A DNA stretch of 64,000 nt from Nitrospiraceae bacterium (lineage in GTDB: Bacteria; Nitrospirota; Nitrospiria; Nitrospirales; Nitrospiraceae). Both the position numbers and the translations under genes were made by a program. Shown one piece after another: positions 1 to 8,987 of the stretch. How positions within the stretch are numbered: the first letter of the stretch is position 1; every line of letters starts with the position of its first letter. The DNA is taken from contig JBFWWG010000017.1 in the NCBI GenBank assembly GCA_050246315.1, positions 1 through 64,000 of the forward strand, written 5' to 3'. The notes beneath the pieces are model-generated. The model was given only the letters and a program-made list of their open reading frames with translations, was not told where the DNA came from and searched no databases.

Positions 1-524
1 GAACGTCGCTTGCCGCGGCGCTGCTGGGCTGTACGCGCACGTTGTGGCCGACGGACGTGTCGGCCGGTCGTCTGCCGGAAGGCCGTCTGGCCCTCTGCCA
101 CGCGCATACGAATGAACGGCTGGAGGTCACTTACCGAAACGATTTCGGGCAGTACGATGCGTCCGCGCTTGAGGCGTTGAACAGTTTCATGCGATGCAAC
201 TACACCAACCGAACCGCGAGCATGGATCTTCGCGTGATTGAGTTCTTGAACAGTCTGCACAAACAGGTCGGAGGCGACAAGGAGATCATCGTGCAGTCGG
301 CCTACCGGTCTCCCGAATACCAGACCGTGCTGATTAAGCAACGGGGGCGACGGGTGGCCAGGCAGAGCTTTCACGTGACGGCCCAGGCCGTGGATTTTCA
401 TATTCCCGGCGTGCCGTTGCGCCAAATCCGACAAGCGGCGCTGCGATTAGGGCAAGGCGGGGTCGGATATTACCCGCGCCGCGGGTTCGTGCATATCGAT
501 TGCGGTCCCGTCCGCTGGTGGTGA
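1..524 (+). CDS. YcbK/DUF882-family peptidase M15 (peptidoglycan endopeptidase-like), 5' end outside window
   Basis: Motifs SAYRSPEY, SFHxxAxAVD and FVHIDCG; the frame stays open to the window edge (TSLAAALLGCTRTLWP...). Confidence 0.85.
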   Translation, partial: TSLAAALLGCTRTLWPTDVSAGRLPEGRLALCHAHTNERLEVTYRNDFGQYDASALEALNSFMRCNYTNRTASMDLRVIEFLNSLHKQVGGDKEIIVQSAYRSPEYQTVLIKQRGRRVARQSFHVTAQAVDFHIPGVPLRQIRQAALRLGQGGVGYYPRRGFVHIDCGPVRWW

Positions 525-605
525 CGGAGACGCCTCGTTCTGCCGGTTTCCATTCTCGCCGTCCCCTCCATTTTCCACCTCACGATCGACACGATCGTAT
601 TGAAT

Positions 606-744
606 CTGGCAGGATACGGAAAAACACTCCGTTCATCCTTCGAGGGCCTCAGGACGAGCGGAGCAGTTGTTGAACATGCTGGTGGTTTTCGATCCTGCTG
701 AGCCTGTCGAAGCACACACATCGAGTTTTTCCGCAGACTGCTAG
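606..744. repeat. MITE/REP-like palindromic element
   Basis: Imperfect 20-bp terminal inverted repeats (ctggcaggatacggaaaaac at 606-625; gtttttccgcagactgctag at 725-744; 16/20 match), internal hairpin CTCCGTTCATCCT/AGGACGAGCGGAG, and a ctgagcctgtcgaag motif. Confidence 0.65.
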
Positions 745-945
745 AGCTGGATAGAAGGCTTGCTCGACCAGGCGCAATGCCCGGTATTCGGATCCATGTC
801 GGCAAGCCGTCCTATCCCCCGATTGAATAGTTCCGTCCCTCAAAATTCCTGACGCTCCTGTCGAATGTCCCTACCGAAGCGGAATGGGCAGTGTGACGGG
901 TCTCTTCGATGATGGCTCCATTCATCATCACCGAGGGTCCGACAC

Positions 946-3201
946 GTGACACCGTCTGTGCGTCTCAACAGTCAACCGATTCCTGACCAACCTGCCCACA
1001 CCGAGAGGAGACCGCAAGACAATCGGACCCTTGTCGGTCTGTGGCAATGGTGCCTCCTCGCGGTCATTCTATTGAGCGGCTGTATCCCCGGAGGAGGTGG
1101 CGAGGGAGTGGCCCCTAATCCGGCCAACCTGCAGAGTCTCGAGATTGTATCAGGTACGCAGTTGTCGAAGGCCTTCGCACCGACGCCGGCATTCAACGCG
1201 GAGGTGTCCGAGTACGCCGTCACGGTGGGAAGTGAGGTCTCATCGGTCCAGATCATCCCGACCGTGGCCGACAGCCGGGCGACGGTGAAGGTCAACAACC
1301 AGCGGGCGGTGTCGGGCCAACCGTTCGGTCCGATCAATCTAGTGCTCGGCACCAACGCGCCGATCACCATCCTGGTCGATGCGCCGGGAGCGTCGAAGAC
1401 GTACACCATCACGATTACCCGCGCCGCGACCACCACGCTCTCGAATCTACTGTTGTCGGCTGGATCGCTTCAGCCGACATTCGAACCGAACAAGTTCGAG
1501 TATTCGGCGCAGGCGCCGTTCACGACCGACACAACCATCGTCACGCCGACCACCGCCGATAGTAACGCCACTGTGACCGTCAACGGCACAAGTGTCACCT
1601 CAGGGCAGCCCTCGCAGGCCATTCTCCTGTCTGTGGGCCAAACCACGATCACGATCGTCGTCAGCGCACCCTCCGTGGCGCCGACGACCTATACGGTGAC
1701 GGTGTCCAGGCTACAGGGCTCCTCAAACGCCAACCTGTCGGCACTGGTTGTGTCCCCCGGACCGTTGCAACCGGCGTTCAGTTCCTCCACGCTCTCCTAT
1801 TCCATGAATGTCAATAATCCGACGAGCAGCGTGACTGTGACGGCTACCGTGCAGGATGCCACATCCACTCTGGAAATCGATGGAAAGCCGGTGGTTTCGG
1901 GGCAACCCTTTGCTGTGAACAACATTCCGGTGGGAGCCAGCACTATCACGATCTTGGTTATTCCTCAGACCGGGACTCCCAAGGTTTACGCAGTCACCGT
2001 CAATCGAGCATTGCCGGGCAACGCCAATCTGTCCAGCGTGACCGCCAGTCTGGGAACATTCTCACCGGCCTTCAGCCCGTCCACGCTGACCTATTCGCTC
2101 AATGTCTTGAACCCAGTGGCGAGTGTGTCGCTGACCGCCACCGTCCAGGATCCGACCTCCACGATGACGATTAACGGGCAAGCCGTCGCCTCCGGCACAC
2201 CGTTCATGATCAACAATCTCGTCATCGGCAATACGACCGTGACAATCGTGGTGACGGCCAATCCGGCGGGTAACAGTCAGACCTACACGGTTACTATCGT
2301 GCGTCCGATCGCGGGCAATGCCAATCTTTCCGGCCTGACCGTGGCCCCCGGTTCTGTCACGCCGGCCTTCAATCCCGGCACGTTGATCTACAGCGTCAAT
2401 GTGCTGAATCCGGTAGCAGGCGTAACCGTGACCGCTACCGTGCAGGCCGGCGGTTCCACGATGACGATAAACGGGCAGGGGGTTGCGTCCGGCGCGCCGT
2501 TCCAGGTCAATGGACTGCTCTTGGGGCCGAATACGGTGACCATTCGCGTCACGGCGCAGCAAGGGAACTTTCAGGACTATGTGCTCACGATCAATCGCTC
2601 GCCGGCCGGCAATGCCAACCTTTCCGGCCTGACCGTGAGTGCAGGGATTCTGTCGCCGGTCTTTGCCCCATCCACGTTGCTCTATTCGGTAAGCGTCCTC
2701 AACAGTGTGACGAGCATGACCGTCACGGCGAGCATGCAGGCCGGCAGCTCCACGATGACGATCAATGGGCAGGTCGTTGCCAACGGGACGCCGTTCACGG
2801 TTAACGGATTGGTCGTGGGGGTGAACCAGATTGCGATCCGCGTGACGGCCGTAGAGGGCAACTTCCAGGACTATCTTGTGACCGTCAATCGAGCCGCGCC
2901 GGGCATCGCCAATCTGTCATTGCTGACCATCGGACCGGGAACCATGACACCCTCGTTTCTCCCGGCGACCCTCAGTTATACCGTGGCAGTGGCAAACACG
3001 GATGCGAGCGTGACGGTCACGGCAACCCTGGAGGCCTCCAGCACTTCCACCATGACCATCAACAACCAGGCCGTTGCATCGGGGACGCCACTCCTTGTGA
3101 ACCTGGGCGTGCCTGGCAGCGCTACCCCCATCTCCATCGTGGTCACCGCGCAGGCCGGCAACAGCCAGGCCTATACGGTGACCGTCAATCGGCCATTGTA
3201 A
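946..3201 (+). CDS. Lipoprotein with 7 cadherin-like beta-sandwich repeats
   Basis: Lipobox LLSG-CIP; ~95-aa repeats NANLxxLxVSxGxLxPxFxxxxxxY...VTxTxxxxxxxxxING...YTVTVNR; exact start uncertain. Confidence 0.85.
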   Translation: MTPSVRLNSQPIPDQPAHTERRPQDNRTLVGLWQWCLLAVILLSGCIPGGGGEGVAPNPANLQSLEIVSGTQLSKAFAPTPAFNAEVSEYAVTVGSEVSSVQIIPTVADSRATVKVNNQRAVSGQPFGPINLVLGTNAPITILVDAPGASKTYTITITRAATTTLSNLLLSAGSLQPTFEPNKFEYSAQAPFTTDTTIVTPTTADSNATVTVNGTSVTSGQPSQAILLSVGQTTITIVVSAPSVAPTTYTVTVSRLQGSSNANLSALVVSPGPLQPAFSSSTLSYSMNVNNPTSSVTVTATVQDATSTLEIDGKPVVSGQPFAVNNIPVGASTITILVIPQTGTPKVYAVTVNRALPGNANLSSVTASLGTFSPAFSPSTLTYSLNVLNPVASVSLTATVQDPTSTMTINGQAVASGTPFMINNLVIGNTTVTIVVTANPAGNSQTYTVTIVRPIAGNANLSGLTVAPGSVTPAFNPGTLIYSVNVLNPVAGVTVTATVQAGGSTMTINGQGVASGAPFQVNGLLLGPNTVTIRVTAQQGNFQDYVLTINRSPAGNANLSGLTVSAGILSPVFAPSTLLYSVSVLNSVTSMTVTASMQAGSSTMTINGQVVANGTPFTVNGLVVGVNQIAIRVTAVEGNFQDYLVTVNRAAPGIANLSLLTIGPGTMTPSFLPATLSYTVAVANTDASVTVTATLEASSTSTMTINNQAVASGTPLLVNLGVPGSATPISIVVTAQAGNSQAYTVTVNRPL

Positions 3202-3613
3202 ACCTTCGCCTTCATCCCTATCGTCGGCAAATCCCTACCAGCAACCGGAATAAGGAAAAGATTGCACCGTCAGTCAGGTTAATCAGAGACAGGCCATATT
3301 TCCAATGACTTATGATTGGTTTCTTGGCAGGTCCTGTCTCGGACGAGCCTTTTGAGAAGAGGTGCGGGCGCGGGAGAACCAATGCCGAATCCGCACGAGT
3401 TCCATTCCGGATAACCGGCCGTGCAAGCCGGCTCACAGGCCTCTGGAAAATATCCAATTTCTCAGGGGAGCCCTACAAAAGTGGGATGGGATTCATGTAC
3501 GGTCGTCCGCCATGATACAGCCTTCCTCGTAGTAGGAACGAAGGCAAAAGAATACAGCGTCCACTATTTTTTCCTATCCACCACTGTGTCGTGAGGCCGA
3601 GAGGAGACCCTGA

Positions 3614-6148
3614 GTGCCCAAGGTGTTGGTTGATGTAGCAGTAGGACAGAATCGTCAGGTGAAACTCAGACAATGGGGTCAGTCGGCCTGGTGGCGAGGG
3701 GGGGCCTGTTTCATTTTGCTTGTGGCAGCCCTCACGGGCTGCATTCCCAGTGACGACGCACCGCCTGGGCCGAATCGCGCGGCGGACCTAGCCAATCTGG
3801 AACTGTCCGAGGGGGCGCTTTCTCCGGCTTTCGGTCCGGACGAACTGAACTACACTGTCTCGGTCGGTAGCAATATCAGTTCAATCACCATCACCCCGAC
3901 CGTGGCTGATGCCCGCGCCACGGTCAAGGTCAACAATACTCCAGCCCAGTCAGGACAGCCGTTCGGACCAGTCAATCTTGTGTTGGGCACCAATCCACCC
4001 ATCACCATACTGGTTGATGCTCCGGGGATCTCAAAAACCTACACCCTCGTCGTCACCCGTGCGCCGAATGCGGATCTGAAGGCGCTGCAACTGTCGGCCG
4101 GCGCGCTGGCGCCAGCTTTTTCGCCCAATGTCACCAATTACATGGTTGAGACGGGCTTCAGCACGCCATCGACCACCGTCACGGCCACCGTCGCGGATGA
4201 CACCTCTACAATAACGATCAACGGAAACGCCGCGACCTCGGGTCAGCCATCGAATCCCATCACTTTGAACGTCGGTTCCGCCAACGTCATTGTAGTTAGC
4301 GTGGCGGCGGCCAATGGCGAGACCAAGGACTACCAGATCACGGTACTGAAAACCGGCACGACCAATCTGGCCAGCTTAAGCATCTCGGCCGGTCCGATTG
4401 CGCCTGCCTTCAATCCCACTACTTTGGCCTATACGGTTTCGACGGGATACCCAACCGACCAGACTACGATCACGTTGAGTACCGCGGACAGCACCGCCGC
4501 CGTCACTGTCAACGGTCAGGGGCCGATCCAGGGAGGGGGGAGCTTCACGTTCCCGCTCCCAGTGGGACAAAATATTTTCACCATCTTGGTCACGTCGCCG
4601 ACTGTAGCGTCGAAAACCTATACGGTGACGATCACCCGGCAGCCACCTTCCACCAATGCCAATCTGTTGAATCTGACGGTCAGCCAGGGAACTCTTAACC
4701 CGCCATTCAATCCAGGTACCTTTGGTTACACCGTGAACGTGGGCAATTCGGTGACGAGCATCAATGTGACGGCAACGGTGCAGGATCCAGCGGCCTCTCT
4801 TCAGATCAATAATTCATCTGCGACTTCCGGACAGCCGTTTACGGTTGGTGGGCTGGTGGTCGGAGCCAACGGAATCAATATTGTCGTGACACCTCAAAGC
4901 GGGCCCCCGCAACTGTACACCGTCACGGTGAACCGGGCCACGCCGACATCGGGCAATTCCAATCTGGGAAGCTTGGCCGTCTCACCGGGAACATTACAGC
5001 CGGCATTCAACCCGAATACAAACAACTACAATGTCTCGGTTTCGAACGCGACGACCTCTGTCGTGGTGACGGCGACCACGCAAGATGGAAGCGCCACCAT
5101 GACGATCAATGGTCAGTCTGTTCAGTCCGGACAGGCCTTCACGGTTGGCAATCTCCAAGTCGGAAACAATACGGTCACCATTCGAGTCACCGCCCCGGCC
5201 GGCAACGCAGAAAATTATGTGGTGACGGTCAACCGAGCTGCCCCGCCGTCGAGCAATGCGAATCTTTCGAATCTGACTGTGTCGCCGGGCTCTCTCTCTC
5301 CAGGATTCAGTCAGTCGACGCTGAATTACAACGTGTCCTTGCCGTTCGCCAATTCCAGCATCAATGTGACGCCGACAGCCGCCAGTGGCAGTTCCGCGAT
5401 CACCGTCAACGGGCAGGGCGTCAATTCAGGAGGCACGGTGACCGTCAGCAACCTCGTGGTCGGCAACAATGTGATCATCGTGCGCGTCACCGCACAGGCG
5501 GGGAATTTGCGCGACTATGTCATCACCGTGAATCGCGCGGCGGCGTCCGGTAATGCGTTGTTGCAAAGCCTGACGCTGTCTCCAGTCAACATCTCGGGGT
5601 TTAGTCCCAACACGTTCACCTACAATGTCAATGTCGGGTTTGGAACGACGAGCGTGGTTGTCACCGCTGCTGTGCAGACCGGCACCTCCACGATGACGGT
5701 TAACGGCCAGGCGACCGCCTCGGGGCAGCCTCGTACCATCAGCGGGCTTCAGGTCGGAAATAACACGATCACCGTGCGTGTGACGGCTCAGGCAGGGAAT
5801 TCCCAGAATTATGTCATCACGGTGAATCGAGCAGCGGGTTCAGCCAACGCGGGCCTTTCAAGCCTGACTGTGAGTACTGGAACGCTCACACCGGCCTTTG
5901 TGTCTCCTGGTACGCCCGGCACACCGGGCTATACGCTAACAAGTGTACTTCCAAACACCGTGACCAGTTTCACGGTGACAGCGGCAAAGGCTGATCCAAA
6001 CGCCACTATGACTATCAATGGCGTTGTCCGATCCTCACACACAGTCAATCCTCTGCCGGCGGGGAACACAGTCTTCACCATCGTCGTTACTGCACAAGCT
6101 GGTAGCCCAAGCCTTACATATAGCGTCACAGTTACCCGTGCCCCTTAA
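3614..6148 (+). CDS. Lipoprotein with 8 cadherin-like beta-sandwich repeats
   Basis: Lipobox ALTG-CIP; same repeat consensus; start uncertain. Confidence 0.85.
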   Translation: MPKVLVDVAVGQNRQVKLRQWGQSAWWRGGACFILLVAALTGCIPSDDAPPGPNRAADLANLELSEGALSPAFGPDELNYTVSVGSNISSITITPTVADARATVKVNNTPAQSGQPFGPVNLVLGTNPPITILVDAPGISKTYTLVVTRAPNADLKALQLSAGALAPAFSPNVTNYMVETGFSTPSTTVTATVADDTSTITINGNAATSGQPSNPITLNVGSANVIVVSVAAANGETKDYQITVLKTGTTNLASLSISAGPIAPAFNPTTLAYTVSTGYPTDQTTITLSTADSTAAVTVNGQGPIQGGGSFTFPLPVGQNIFTILVTSPTVASKTYTVTITRQPPSTNANLLNLTVSQGTLNPPFNPGTFGYTVNVGNSVTSINVTATVQDPAASLQINNSSATSGQPFTVGGLVVGANGINIVVTPQSGPPQLYTVTVNRATPTSGNSNLGSLAVSPGTLQPAFNPNTNNYNVSVSNATTSVVVTATTQDGSATMTINGQSVQSGQAFTVGNLQVGNNTVTIRVTAPAGNAENYVVTVNRAAPPSSNANLSNLTVSPGSLSPGFSQSTLNYNVSLPFANSSINVTPTAASGSSAITVNGQGVNSGGTVTVSNLVVGNNVIIVRVTAQAGNLRDYVITVNRAAASGNALLQSLTLSPVNISGFSPNTFTYNVNVGFGTTSVVVTAAVQTGTSTMTVNGQATASGQPRTISGLQVGNNTITVRVTAQAGNSQNYVITVNRAAGSANAGLSSLTVSTGTLTPAFVSPGTPGTPGYTLTSVLPNTVTSFTVTAAKADPNATMTINGVVRSSHTVNPLPAGNTVFTIVVTAQAGSPSLTYSVTVTRAP

Positions 6149-6189
6149 CATAAGAGTATTCGTTCACAACAAGTCACAAGGTCACACCC

Positions 6190-7506
6190 ATGCAACACCC
6201 CATCCGGACAGCAACCAGGTCTCGGTCTCGGACAACCTATGCCGTCATCCGGTGCGCCCTGGCATTGATGATGACGGCACTCGCTGCGGCGGGCTGCATT
6301 CCGGATGGTGATTCACCCGCCGCCGGTCCGTCACCGGCCGATCTCTCGACGATGGAAGTCTCGGCCGGCCCTCTTGATCCGTCCTTCACTCCCACGGTCA
6401 GCAGCTATGATGTGCTGACCCCAAACGGGACCAGTTCGACGACCCTCACCGCCACCGCCTCCAATGCCTCGGCCAAACTGGCGGTCAATAATGAACCGGC
6501 TGTGTCGGGTCAGCCGTTCGGCCCGATTCCCCTGGAGGTCGGCATCAATCCGGTCACGGTGCTGGTGGATGCGCCGGGCGCCACGAAGAGCTACACCGTG
6601 GTCGTCACGCGCGGCGGGCCGGCCGATCTCTTTGACCTGGAACTCTCAGCCGGGTCGCTGTCTCCGGATTTCGATCCGGCCGTGACCGGGTATGCCGTGT
6701 CCGCTCCCTCCACGACGGCGCAGACCACTGTGACGGCCACGCTCTCCGACGAGCGGGCCACGTTCAAGATCAACGGCCAAGCGGGCACCTCCGGCCAGTC
6801 CTCGAATCCGATCTCTTTGGCGACGGGCAGCACGACGATCACGATCGTCGTTACGGCGGTGAATGCCACAACCAAGACCTATACGGTGTCAGTGAACCGG
6901 GCCGGGCCCGGCAATGCGAATCTGTCAGCGCTCCAATTGTCGGCAGGCGGGTTGAGCCCCGGCTTCAACCCCAATACGGTGAACTATTCGGTGGCGACCG
7001 CGAGCACGACTGCGACTACGACAGTGACCGCGACCGTGCAGGTGGCCAGCTCGACGCTCACGATCAACGGCAGTCCTGCGGTCTCGGGCGTGCCGTTTGG
7101 GCCGATTACCCTCAATCCCTCCGGCACCACCACCAAGATCACGATCACCGTTCGGGCCCAGGACGGCGTGACCCTCAAGACCTATACGGCCACCGTGTCG
7201 CGTGGGGCTTCCTCGAACTCGAATCTGGCCGGTCTGGTCCTGTCCGCTGGTCCGCTCAAGCCAGCCTTTAGTCCGACGAGAACGAGCTATGATGTGGATG
7301 CGTCGAAGACGACCGTCTCCACCACGGTCACGGCGACCGTCCAAGATGCAGGCGAGGCGACGTTGAAGATCGAGGGGGTCCCGGCGACCTCGGGCCGGCC
7401 GTTCGGACCAATTCTGCTTTTCGGGAAGACCACCCGTATCGATATCGAGGTACGGGCGCAGAACGGAAGTACCAAGACCTATCGGGTCGATGTGGAGAGG
7501 GATTAG
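6190..7506 (+). CDS. Lipoprotein with 4 cadherin-like beta-sandwich repeats
   Basis: Lipobox AAAG-CIP; same repeat consensus. Confidence 0.85.
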   Translation: MQHPIRTATRSRSRTTYAVIRCALALMMTALAAAGCIPDGDSPAAGPSPADLSTMEVSAGPLDPSFTPTVSSYDVLTPNGTSSTTLTATASNASAKLAVNNEPAVSGQPFGPIPLEVGINPVTVLVDAPGATKSYTVVVTRGGPADLFDLELSAGSLSPDFDPAVTGYAVSAPSTTAQTTVTATLSDERATFKINGQAGTSGQSSNPISLATGSTTITIVVTAVNATTKTYTVSVNRAGPGNANLSALQLSAGGLSPGFNPNTVNYSVATASTTATTTVTATVQVASSTLTINGSPAVSGVPFGPITLNPSGTTTKITITVRAQDGVTLKTYTATVSRGASSNSNLAGLVLSAGPLKPAFSPTRTSYDVDASKTTVSTTVTATVQDAGEATLKIEGVPATSGRPFGPILLFGKTTRIDIEVRAQNGSTKTYRVDVERD

Positions 7507-7536
7507 CGGCGCGGTCAGATTCGAATACCAACCCAC

Positions 7537-8973
7537 ATGATTCCTCGTGATCGCAGGCGCTGGCTCCTGCCCCGCTCCTGCGGGTGTAGGTTTGGATGGT
7601 TTCCCCCACATATTGTGTTGTCTCTTGAAATTATGTTAAGAGCGCTGTTCGTGTCCTCTCTACGTCCTCTCAAGAAGAAAGTCTTGTGGCCACCCTGGTG
7701 GCGGGCATGCGTGTGCGTCTGCGTGGTCCTGTTGGCGCTTTCGGGCTGTATTCCAGATCCCGATTCTCCTCCGGTGTCCTCCAATCCGGCGCTTGATCTC
7801 TCGGCGCTCCAGGTGCAGGAGGGCGGACAGGATCGCCCGTTGTCTCCCGCGTTTGCTCCCACCGTCACCAGCTACGTCGCGTCGGTGTCGAATCAAACGA
7901 CGAGTGTGACGGTGACGGCCTCGCTCGCCAACCCGCAACTCGCCAAGATGAAGGTCAACAATCAGTCGGTTCCCTCCGGACAACCTGTGGGACTCACCCT
8001 CGCCCCCGGGTCCAACCCGGTGGCCGTGTTGGTGGAGGAAACGGCGCCCAGTGGGGAGACGCGGATCTACAACCTGGTCGTCAACCGTGCGGCGCCGGGG
8101 AGCAATAAACTCGCGAGCCTGGTTCTTTCCACCGGGAGTCTGACTCCGATCTTTAATGGAGATCAAACGTCCTACAGCGCCGCGGTGCCGTTCGCGACGT
8201 CGCAGATCACCGTGACGGCGACGACCGAGGATCCGGCCGCCAAAATCACGATCAATAACCAGGCGGTGCCGAGTAGTCAGCCCTCTCCGCCCATTTCCTT
8301 GAATGTCGGGGCGAACAGCATCGTCGTGGTCGTCACGGCTCAGGATGGCTCGACCCGCAGTTACACCATCGTCGTCACGAGACAGGCGAACGTCAATTTG
8401 GCGAGCCTGTCCGTCTCGGCAGGGCCGTTGAGTCCGCCGTTCAATAAGGATGTGACGGAATATCAAGTCAGTGCTCCGAACCTAACGAGCAGCACCACGA
8501 TTACCGCAACGATCGAGCAGGCCGGCTCTACTCTGGCGATCAATGGGCAACCGGTGGCTTCCGGCCAAGTCTTCGGCCCCGTGCCGCTCGTGGTCGGCCC
8601 CAATAGTTTTGCCGTATCCGTGATGGCTTCCGATCGGATCACGGTAAAGACCTACACGGTTGTGATCAACCGTGCGCCGTCCTCCAACGCCCTCCTGTCC
8701 GCGCTGACGGTCTCGCCGGGTGTCATGATCCCGACGTTTAGTTCCGGCGTCCCGACCTACACGGTCCTCAACGCGGGCCTCTTTACGCCGGCTGCGAATG
8801 TGACGGCGACAGTCCAAGAGCCGAATGCTACGATCATGATCAACGGTGCCGCGGTTGCATCCGGAACGCCGTTTCAGGTTCTCTTGCCCGCTCCATCGAC
8901 CCCTGTCAGCATCGTGGTCCGCGCCCAAGATACCGTCACGACCGCGACCTACAACGTGACGGTCAACAAATAA
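7537..8973 (+). CDS. Lipoprotein with 4 cadherin-like beta-sandwich repeats
   Basis: Lipobox ALSG-CIP; true start probably downstream of the AT-rich patch at ~7610-7640 (e.g. GTG 7651). Confidence 0.85.
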   Translation: MIPRDRRRWLLPRSCGCRFGWFPPHIVLSLEIMLRALFVSSLRPLKKKVLWPPWWRACVCVCVVLLALSGCIPDPDSPPVSSNPALDLSALQVQEGGQDRPLSPAFAPTVTSYVASVSNQTTSVTVTASLANPQLAKMKVNNQSVPSGQPVGLTLAPGSNPVAVLVEETAPSGETRIYNLVVNRAAPGSNKLASLVLSTGSLTPIFNGDQTSYSAAVPFATSQITVTATTEDPAAKITINNQAVPSSQPSPPISLNVGANSIVVVVTAQDGSTRSYTIVVTRQANVNLASLSVSAGPLSPPFNKDVTEYQVSAPNLTSSTTITATIEQAGSTLAINGQPVASGQVFGPVPLVVGPNSFAVSVMASDRITVKTYTVVINRAPSSNALLSALTVSPGVMIPTFSSGVPTYTVLNAGLFTPAANVTATVQEPNATIMINGAAVASGTPFQVLLPAPSTPVSIVVRAQDTVTTATYNVTVNK

Positions 8974-8987
8974 GTCCACACTCACAG

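Noticed and set aside
3202..3613. Riboswitch (e.g. c-di-GMP) upstream of lipoprotein 2
   Set aside because: Could not identify the conserved aptamer motifs by eye
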